This document shows, piece after piece, positions 35,401-43,406 of a DNA stretch of 64,000 nt (the first letter of the stretch is position 1; each line of letters starts with the position of its first letter). Position numbers and translations under genes: made by a program. This DNA is from a virus (lineage: Duplodnaviria > Caudoviricetes), in IMG/VR virus record IMGVR_UViG_3300041964_000148; one strand, written 5' to 3'. The notes beneath the pieces were generated by a model, which was given only the letters and a program-made list of their open reading frames with translations, was not told the DNA's origin and ran no database searches.

Positions 35401-36362
35401 TATCGGGCATGACGTTCCTGATCTCTGCTGCCCTGCCTGCGTTAATCAGCGGCTTATTAACAGTTGCAACGGTTGTCATTCCCTTGCTGGTCAGCGCATT
35501 CTTGTTTGTCTCAACTGTAGCTATCCCAGGCATTATTAGTGGATTAACTGCGATCGCTACAACAGCTATCCCACTGGTAATGACTGGCTTGTCTGCTGCC
35601 ATTCCCTTTATCATCGCTGGGTTTGGCTTCATTGCGGCGACAGTTATTCCCGCCATAGTTGCTGGAGTAATGTTCATTGCAACCGTCGCCATTCCCGCTA
35701 TGATTGCAGGAATTGCCGGACTTGTAACTGCCGCCATTCCACTACTCATAACCTTTTCTCCAATAATCCTGATGGTTCTCGCAGTTGTCGCTGCGGTTGT
35801 CCTCGTTAAATTAGCTTTCGATGCTGTCGTTGGGGCAATACAGAAAGTCATTCAGGGAATAGCGAGTGCAATCAGCTCAGTTGGGCAATTTTTCCAAGCT
35901 CTGCCCTTGATCGGAGGATTATTTGGAGGACAAAAAAATAATGCGGGCGATGGTTCCAACATTCAGGAATTCGCCGGTGGAGGTTTAGTCCTAGGGCAAT
36001 CCGCTCAAGCTGTCCCGGTGATTGCTCACGCGGGGGAATTTGTCATGACCGAATCGGCAACCCAGGCTAACCTAGGAATACTGCAATATCTTAACGCCGG
36101 AGGGAAATTAGCATTACCTGCCCCTAACGTTGGGGTAATGCCACCCATGCCCTTAAGGTTGCCGACTCCAGCCGCAGCCCCAGCGCAGGGGGCAGGAAGT
36201 GGGGCTGTGGTGATCGAAAATGTCAACATCAACTTCGAGGTACAAATTAATGCCAACAATGGAGTCGAGGCAGGGGATGAATTCTTGAGATATATCGAAG
36301 ATCCAAGGTTTAAAAAAGCAGTAAGACAAGTGTTAAGAGAATCAGTTGAAAGGATGAAGTAA
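14431..36362 (+). CDS. Giant phage tail tape measure protein (about 7,300 aa), interrupted here by three small indels at about 16610-16763
   Basis: TP901-type core (LREKAKYLGATTRFTASEAADAM..AGTATR), long amphipathic repeats, C-terminal FAGGGLV..AHAGEFVM. The gap between the two track ORFs reads as continuous protein-like sequence after three frame changes. Confidence 0.88.
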
Positions 36363-36364
36363 TA

Positions 36365-37507
36365 ATGGACAACTATCGGTTAACTCAGGCTCGGATACAA
36401 TGCAATGCCATCCAAGTTCTATTGCTTGCAGAAACCAAGGAATATGATGCTGGTTGGCTACCCCAGGCTAAATCAGTACTAAGAGACGAAAGTGGAAGAT
36501 TCGCTAGTAAAGAGGGTAGCTTCAAAGAAAAAGCAGAAGCTCTCTACAAAGAAGATGTTAAGCGCCATAATCGCGAATTTTCCAAGAAAGAATTTGCTAA
36601 ATATCTAAACTCTGTTCCTGCACATTTAGAAGCAGCCAAAGATTATGTTTTTGGGACTAGTTACAAGCAGAAAGTTGACGATTTAAGCAAGAAGTTAGGA
36701 GAGCTTGGGGTCGAACTGAAGAAAATCGCAACAAAGAAGTACAAAGAATTTGAACCCAAGTTAAAGGAGATGAAAGGGGAAGAGTTTGAACAGGCTGTTC
36801 AGGATGAATTAATTAAACTCAAACTTATAAACGAACGAACGTTCAAGGAAGACTTAAGGGAAGCTAAAACTGCCGAAGACATCAAAAAAATAATAAACCA
36901 ACATCAGGCAGAAATCATGAATGCTGCCATTATTGTTGGACGGGCAGTCGCGCTATCCGCTGGCGGATTAGCCGGATGGACTTTAGGAATTGTAGCTGGA
37001 GAAGTCCTGGTATCTGCAATATTTGGAGGGACAATACCAGCCTTTGCTACCATGTTCAATCAGGCGTTAATTGTTTGGGGAATTGAGGAAACAGCCCAGC
37101 CTGTTGCTGCTTATTTAATTGACAAGAAAGTTACTGACAAAAAATTAAACAAAGAGTACAAAAAATGGGCAGAGTTTGGGGTTGATGTGCTTGCTATTGT
37201 GATGGGTCAAAACCTCGCACAGATCATAAAAGTAGCAGAAGAAAAAGCTACGTTCAAAAAGGGTATGCAAATAGCTCAAAAGGTTATGGAAGATAACGCC
37301 AAATTGATGGCAGAACACGAAAAAAGTATCCTAACGAAGGTAGGATTAGACAAACTGCCAAAAGACTTTGATACCTTAGAAAGTGCTTATAAATCAGCAA
37401 TGAAAAAGGCGGCGGAACAGGGCAATTCCTTAGAGAAAGAGCTGTCAGAAATTAATAAGATCAAGCAAGCATACAACGACATTCGTAGAAGGCTGTTGGA
37501 ACAGTAA
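36365..37507 (+). CDS. Leader-family protein with hydrophobic hairpin
   Basis: Leader KEYDAGWL..SVLRDESGRFASK; Lys/Glu-rich helices; hydrophobic segment at about aa 185-240. Confidence 0.75.
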   Translation: MDNYRLTQARIQCNAIQVLLLAETKEYDAGWLPQAKSVLRDESGRFASKEGSFKEKAEALYKEDVKRHNREFSKKEFAKYLNSVPAHLEAAKDYVFGTSYKQKVDDLSKKLGELGVELKKIATKKYKEFEPKLKEMKGEEFEQAVQDELIKLKLINERTFKEDLREAKTAEDIKKIINQHQAEIMNAAIIVGRAVALSAGGLAGWTLGIVAGEVLVSAIFGGTIPAFATMFNQALIVWGIEETAQPVAAYLIDKKVTDKKLNKEYKKWAEFGVDVLAIVMGQNLAQIIKVAEEKATFKKGMQIAQKVMEDNAKLMAEHEKSILTKVGLDKLPKDFDTLESAYKSAMKKAAEQGNSLEKELSEINKIKQAYNDIRRRLLEQ

Positions 37508-37508
37508 T

Positions 37509-38409
37509 ATGTCAAATCAATATGAATTAGCTCAAGCTCGAATTCAAACACTTCAGATTCTTGTGGTTGCCGAAGCCAAGGAATACGATGCTGGTTGGCT
37601 AGACGGAGCAAAAACAATCTACCGAGAGGGAGGGCGTTTTGCTTCCAAGGGTTCTGGGGAAACCCAGGACAACCCTATTATTAGCAAAATCTCTGAGTCA
37701 ATAAGGCAAAATGCCGAGAAACAATTTGCCTCTCTCACGCCAGAGAAGCAGAAAAAGGCAAAAGAGGAGCTTAAGACTATTAATGATGGTTTTAATGAAC
37801 TTGCCGATGGCATTGACAAGATGTCGCCAGAGGAGCAGGAGGAGTTACGGAAGTTCCTCGCTTCTCCGGATGTTAAACAGGTGCGAGAAGAAGTGGCGAA
37901 GTTGTTCGACTCAGTTGACAAAAAGGCGGGAAAAGCATTCCGGCAGGTAGACGCGAAGATTGATAAGGAACTCAAGGGACCTGGAACTCTTGGTAAGGCG
38001 ATGAAGCGTATTCAGGCGATCGCCAATGATGTTATGGAAGGGGTGAAGGAGAATCCAGAGATTGTCGTAGGCGCCGCTATCAGTGCAGCGTGTCTTGTCG
38101 CTGGGGGAGCGGGAGCTGTTGCCCTTTTTAGCTTGCCGAATCTATTTTCCGTGGGGGGCGTATGGGGTGGACTAATAGCAATAACTGAGGGAGCAACGGG
38201 AAGCGCGAATCGCACAAGCGTTTGCGGCTGGTGGCTTGTCTCAGCTTGGATTTTCTGCCTCCGCTTATCTTGTTTCTTCTGGGCTTAGTAATCTTGTTCT
38301 GGATGCGACGATGCTCCTTAATAAGGATATTCGCGAGGAAATAAATCAGATAAAGGTTGAAAATGAACGCATAGCGAAAGAAAGTTTAGCAAAGCAATTT
38401 TCATTTTAA
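37509..38409 (+). CDS. Leader-family protein with hydrophobic C-terminus; frameshift at about 38208
   Basis: Leader KEYDAGWL..REGGRFASK; the alternative frame continues IAQAFAAGGLSQLG..KQFSF to TAA at 38409. Confidence 0.7.
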
Positions 38410-38433
38410 ATCACGGAGAACCGTGACATAGAA

Positions 38434-39855
38434 ATGCTCAATCCATATGCGATCGCCGAAGCCCAATCTACATCCATTCTCTTAGAGTCTGCACTTAAGG
38501 AGTATGCAGCCGATTGGCTCAAGAACACTGAGAGCGTGATGCGGGATGAAACCGGGAAGTTTGCCAAGAAGGCGGCTTCCGTGGGTCAAAGTGCGTCCCA
38601 GGCTAAAGAATCTATTGAAGAGGCAGTTAAGAACCCCCAGGAAGCGAAGCGGAAGGTAAACAGTGAGTTACTTAAACTCACGGCAAGGGGTTTGGATAAA
38701 CTTGTTCAGAAGTACCCAGAATTTACTGACCAACTCCTAGACAAGATGCTTGGGCTTGACGCTCAAGAGGCACGGGACAGGTTGGCAGATGAGTACGGAC
38801 GCATTAACCCAGGATTGCCCAACGCCATCAGACCAGACCCATTGCCCGTACCCCTGAAGGAGACCCTAGCAGACATCCTCAAGAAGATAGCAGCAGACAA
38901 GGGAAACCCCAAGGAGTTGGCTAAAGACCTCCAAAAAGCATTTGAGCTATTGGGGGAAAACTACAACGATTTAATTGACGACCTCAACAATGTGGAGAGT
39001 GAGTCAGAGGCGGTTAAGCTCCTAGGGAAGATTGCGGCTACTTCTATTCCTATTACTGCCTATCTTGCTATCGCCCTTACTCCTGAAGTTGCAATCGGAC
39101 TTCTACTTGGGGATAGTTTATCAACCATCCTTGTATCGACAGTAGCTAGCGAGGCTGTTAGTTTTGCTGCCAACAAGGGAATGGACAAGATGGATGTGAA
39201 CAACCCTTGGGTGAGAATAGGGGTTGAATTGGCAATCGGGATTGGGGTTGGAGGGGCTGTTAGTACTGGGGCAAAACAGCTAGAAAATGCCAAAACAGCA
39301 GAAAAAATTGGCGCATTTGCGGACAAGAAGGTTAAGTTACTTCGTCGCAAAGCCGAAGCGACATTTAAAAAGGTCAAATCCGGCGGCAAATCTTCTATGG
39401 AGATTCCAGATTTCCCTCCTATTCTTAAGCAGAAACCAAAAGGAATTCCTGATGACATCGAGTTTGACCAAACACCTTATGGCACAGGCTTGAGATTTGA
39501 GATAGAGGGCAATAAAGTATTACTAGGTCTTGGTGATGATGGGGTAGTAGGCTTCAAGATCAATGACAAGTTTGACATGGATGAATCTCTCGCCGACAAC
39601 GTAAAAAGACGGGCGGCTGTTAAGTTAACTAAGTTATTTAAGTCATCTGTTGCAGAGATGGAAGAAGGGAAGATTCTGTGGTGCAATATCCATGACAAAG
39701 ATGGAGTAAAAGCAGCAGATCGTAGATTTAAAGCTTATAAGCTTATGGGTTTTGGAGACAAAGTTGAAAACTCTGTATACGGTATAATTAAGGAAGGTAA
39801 ACTTGTACCTTACAAACCTTCTGCGGAGGATTTAAACAAACTACATGGTGACTAA
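38434..39855 (+). CDS. Leader-family protein with conserved N-half, hydrophobic helices and a unique C-terminal domain
   Basis: RDETGKFAKK; first about 270 aa paralogous to 40073-42061. Confidence 0.78.
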   Translation: MLNPYAIAEAQSTSILLESALKEYAADWLKNTESVMRDETGKFAKKAASVGQSASQAKESIEEAVKNPQEAKRKVNSELLKLTARGLDKLVQKYPEFTDQLLDKMLGLDAQEARDRLADEYGRINPGLPNAIRPDPLPVPLKETLADILKKIAADKGNPKELAKDLQKAFELLGENYNDLIDDLNNVESESEAVKLLGKIAATSIPITAYLAIALTPEVAIGLLLGDSLSTILVSTVASEAVSFAANKGMDKMDVNNPWVRIGVELAIGIGVGGAVSTGAKQLENAKTAEKIGAFADKKVKLLRRKAEATFKKVKSGGKSSMEIPDFPPILKQKPKGIPDDIEFDQTPYGTGLRFEIEGNKVLLGLGDDGVVGFKINDKFDMDESLADNVKRRAAVKLTKLFKSSVAEMEEGKILWCNIHDKDGVKAADRRFKAYKLMGFGDKVENSVYGIIKEGKLVPYKPSAEDLNKLHGD

Positions 39856-40024
39856 AACAGATGCCTATTCTTTATCAGGAGAAGAGGAGGACTACTGGCT
39901 TGAAGCTGTAGTCAACAAGTCAGAAGAGGAAGTAGAATCATTAATCAACGCTCTCCCTCCTGACAAGCAGAAAGCGGTTAACGCACTAATAGCCGAAACA
40001 TTTTTTCCTAAAACAAAAGATTAA
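39845..40024 (+). CDS. 59-aa acidic protein overlapping the upstream stop; candidate immunity protein (not in the ORF track)
   Basis: MVTKTDAYSLSGEEEDYWLEAVVNKSEEEVESLINALPPDKQKAVNALIAETFFPKTKD. Confidence 0.65.
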   Translation: MVTKTDAYSLSGEEEDYWLEAVVNKSEEEVESLINALPPDKQKAVNALIAETFFPKTKD

Positions 40025-40072
40025 AATCTCCGCTTCAACAGCGATAATGCTAGTTGAAGCGGAGATTTTTTT

Positions 40073-42061
40073 ATGCTTAATTTTTATACATTTGCTCAAG
40101 CTCAATGTGTCTCAATACTTTTAGAGGCAGCACTTAAGGAATACACGGCGGATTGGCTCAAGAATGCCGAAAGTGTTGTGCGGGACGAAACGGGTCGATT
40201 TGCTAAGAAAGCAGCTTCCGTCGGTCAGAACGTCTCTCAGGTCAAGGAATCTATTGAAGAGGCGATCAAGAACCCCCAGGAAGCCAAACGGAAGATTAGT
40301 AGCAAATTGCTTAAACTTATGGCAAAGGGGTTGGATAAATTAGTCCAAAAATACCCAGAATTTACTGAAAAGCTCCTAGACAAAATGTTTGGCTTGGATG
40401 CTCAAAAAGCACGAGACAGGCTAGCAGATGAGTACGGACGGATTAACCCAGGACTTCCCAATGCCATCAGACCTGACCCCCTGCCCGAACCTCTAAAGGA
40501 GACTCTGGCAGACATTCTCAAGCAAATGAAGGCACACAAGGGAGATCCCAAAGCACTAGCCAAAGACCTTCAAAGGGCATTTGAGCTTGCTGGGGAAAAC
40601 TACAACGAATTAATAGATCAACTCAATAACAACCTGAGCAACAACGATCGCGTACAAGACTTCATTAAAACACTGGGAAAAATAGCCTCTGCATCTATTC
40701 CCCTTTCCACCTTCCTCGCATTCACACTAGGACCAGAAATCGCGCTCGGACTACTGATGGAAGAAGGATTGGCTACGATCATAACGAACACTGGTGTTGG
40801 CGTAACGTGGAATTTTGTTGCGGATAAAGCATTGGAAGCGGCAGATATCGAAGATCCGTGGGTGCAAGGGGGAGTTCATTTAGCTGTTTCTGTAGGTGCG
40901 ACCACAGGGATGATGGACTGGCGAGGATTCTATCGTGCAGGGGTTCCAAAGTCAGCCAAGTTAGCCAAGGAGGCGGCAAAACAGGTTGATGTTCCGTCCG
41001 ATCTGCTGGGGGCAGAAGCCGTTACCTTTGTTACTGGAGGTATTGGGGACGTAACAGGAGATACGGCAACTACGATTGCGTCCGGACTGGAACAACTAAA
41101 AAAAGATCCCAAGATACTTGGGTTTAAGTCCCAATACTTCGTTCCAAATACTAAGAGGGAGTTTGTAACTCAGAACCCTGGAGCAATCCCAAATCTAGCC
41201 ACATTTACTAAAACCCTTGTTCAGAAAGGACGTAATCCTGATGCTGTCTCACTTGCAGCTCAAATAGCGGCTTGGCGTCAGAAACATCCCCTCATTCCAA
41301 TCACTTCAACTGGATATTCGGGTGGAGGGCTAATTAATCGAGAATGTGACGCAATCTTAAAAGAGATGGGCATAAATGACGTTAAGTTCGTTAATGTAGG
41401 AACCCCGGATCTGGGAATGTTCCCAACTAACAAAGCAATTCATATTAGTAGTCCTAACGATGAACTCAATGTCTTTAGTCCTAAAAATGCTCAACTTGTT
41501 CCTTCTGTTAAGAGCCATAAAAGCTATTACGAAGACCCTGAATTCTTTTTGACCCTTGATCGAGCTTTACTAGATAAATCAAGCCATGACTTGCTTAAAC
41601 GAACAGAGGTATTATCTGGGTCAGAAGAGTACCACGCATTTAGGAAAGCAATAAAATCCGATCAAGTTAATTTTGATCGGATTCTTGCCAAAGGAGAAGA
41701 ATTGTCAGAGGATGTCTCTAATAAATTCATATCTACGATGGGGGAATTTATAGATAAATTCAACCTTCCACTTGCTCAATTAGAAAAAGATATTACAACC
41801 AGTACAACTTCTAAAATTAACAAGGATTACCTAAGCCGAGGAGTAGGCGATCGCTTCAATGATCTAGAAAATGCTGCATCTAGACTTGTGGATATCCTAG
41901 AAGCCAACCTTAGTCTTCAGCCTCAAGAAGCTGGGGTTGTTTCCTCTAAAGTGCAAGCAATTGTCAGCCAACTCAATGAAATCGCCCAAAATATCAAAAA
42001 GATTGATGGAAATCCCCAGATTATCGAACAAATTGAAGGAATATTAGAAGATATTGTTTAA
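40073..42061 (+). CDS. Leader-family protein with alpha/beta-hydrolase (lipase-like) domain
   Basis: RDETGRFAKK; GYSGGG nucleophile elbow, VNVGTP, SPND, KSH (putative Ser-Asp-His triad). Confidence 0.78.
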   Translation: MLNFYTFAQAQCVSILLEAALKEYTADWLKNAESVVRDETGRFAKKAASVGQNVSQVKESIEEAIKNPQEAKRKISSKLLKLMAKGLDKLVQKYPEFTEKLLDKMFGLDAQKARDRLADEYGRINPGLPNAIRPDPLPEPLKETLADILKQMKAHKGDPKALAKDLQRAFELAGENYNELIDQLNNNLSNNDRVQDFIKTLGKIASASIPLSTFLAFTLGPEIALGLLMEEGLATIITNTGVGVTWNFVADKALEAADIEDPWVQGGVHLAVSVGATTGMMDWRGFYRAGVPKSAKLAKEAAKQVDVPSDLLGAEAVTFVTGGIGDVTGDTATTIASGLEQLKKDPKILGFKSQYFVPNTKREFVTQNPGAIPNLATFTKTLVQKGRNPDAVSLAAQIAAWRQKHPLIPITSTGYSGGGLINRECDAILKEMGINDVKFVNVGTPDLGMFPTNKAIHISSPNDELNVFSPKNAQLVPSVKSHKSYYEDPEFFLTLDRALLDKSSHDLLKRTEVLSGSEEYHAFRKAIKSDQVNFDRILAKGEELSEDVSNKFISTMGEFIDKFNLPLAQLEKDITTSTTSKINKDYLSRGVGDRFNDLENAASRLVDILEANLSLQPQEAGVVSSKVQAIVSQLNEIAQNIKKIDGNPQIIEQIEGILEDIV

Positions 42062-42066
42062 ATACA

Positions 42067-42096
42067 TTGACATTGTGATAACAAGTAACTTATAAT
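42067..42096 (+). promoter_or_regulatory. Sigma70-type promoter
   Basis: TTGACA-18 bp-TATAAT upstream of 42139. Confidence 0.8.
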
Positions 42097-42138
42097 AGTA
42101 GAGTAAAGGTAAATAAAGCAAAACCAAACCAAACCACC

Positions 42139-42714
42139 ATGTTTAACTACATCAAAAATCTCCTCAACACTACTTCCGAAAACGTTGTTGTCGTTCGCGA
42201 CTTAAGTGTTGCAGCGGTAAAAGAGGTAGCTCCCGCTACATCCACATTCCTGGAAATCCAGAGTGGCAACAGCGCGAACTTCAACTCTGACACGCTGCTA
42301 CAAATGACATTGCAAGAGGTCGGTAGCAGCATCAAGAAAACGTCCGAGGAGGCGTGGTACGCCATTGTGGCGGACACACGAAAGGTTGACCGCCAGATTA
42401 CCAAGTTACTCGAAATGAATAACCTTGGCGGTCAGGAAATGAAAATGTTCCTCTACTTTGGCGGTGGCGCGATCGCGACCTACCACTTGTCCTTATGGGC
42501 AGCGTGGGTAATCGCGATCTTGTCCCTGCTAGGTTTCCTGGCAGGGCTGATCTTGTCATCCCTAGTGCAACTAGGCGGACAAGTAGCCGCATACCTCCTA
42601 ATTGGAGGCTTGTTTGCGGTTAGTCTCAACGCAATAATTGACGATATCATCCAGTTTGTTTCTTGGATCAGTGATTCCAATGAAACTAAAGATCATGAGT
42701 TGATCGTCGCATAA
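42139..42714 (+). CDS. Hypothetical membrane protein (moron-like)
   Basis: Own promoter and terminator; 2-3 C-terminal transmembrane helices. Confidence 0.7.
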   Translation: MFNYIKNLLNTTSENVVVVRDLSVAAVKEVAPATSTFLEIQSGNSANFNSDTLLQMTLQEVGSSIKKTSEEAWYAIVADTRKVDRQITKLLEMNNLGGQEMKMFLYFGGGAIATYHLSLWAAWVIAILSLLGFLAGLILSSLVQLGGQVAAYLLIGGLFAVSLNAIIDDIIQFVSWISDSNETKDHELIVA

Positions 42715-42930
42715 ATCGAATCCCGCTCCGGGTATCTGGAGCGGGATTTTGCGTTTCAGGATCACAGATCTCTGATCTGAAGGAAGTAATAGAGGGCAAT
42801 CACACTAAATCCACAAATAAACCCAGAAATTAGCCCAAAATCCCAAAATATATCCATTTTGCGTCGAATTTACTTGACTTTAGTGTTATAACATGACATT
42901 ATAGATATAGAACAAATATTTACAAAAAAT

Positions 42931-43311
42931 ATGAATATCAAGCAGTCGCTGGTTCGTGCCAGCTTTTTTCTTGGCGTAATGAGCGCAATTGCACTCCGTA
43001 TCGGAGTGTGGCTTTTACGACGAAGGACAGATGCAACGATTGCAATCATCCAAACAAAGACCATCTGTGCCCTCTTGCTGGGCGGGATAGCCCTCTACTG
43101 GCATCTCGACACCCTTGGGGTGCGGGTGCAGTCGTGGTTCGATGTTACTTGGCTCCGCCTTCAGTGGTGGAACCAAATAGAGAACCTCCAATACGAAATT
43201 GGATGGAAGTCATTCCTAAGTTACTGGGACGGCTTCTCTACCGGAGCCGGATGGGGACTACTTCTCGGCGCAGGACTAATGTTTGTCCTGATGCGCCGCC
43301 AAAACACCTAA
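42931..43311 (+). CDS. Small Trp-rich membrane protein
   Basis: 126 aa with three hydrophobic segments. Confidence 0.6.
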   Translation: MNIKQSLVRASFFLGVMSAIALRIGVWLLRRRTDATIAIIQTKTICALLLGGIALYWHLDTLGVRVQSWFDVTWLRLQWWNQIENLQYEIGWKSFLSYWDGFSTGAGWGLLLGAGLMFVLMRRQNT

Positions 43312-43406
43312 AAACTCCGTTTCAACAGCGATAATACTGTTGAAACGGAGTTTTTTTATGCTTAATTTTTATCCGTTCCCTTAATCGCAATTAGTTAGAT
43401 ATATAA

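Noticed and set aside
34814-35851. 345-aa minus-strand ORF and other antisense ORFs over long genes (e.g. 3597-4307)
   Set aside because: Shadow frames of hydrophobic or Ala-rich coding sequence with no independent signals
38434-40905. Diversity-generating retroelement TR/VR pair
   Set aside because: The repeat covers N-terminal coding regions, differences are not adenine-specific, and there is no reverse transcriptase
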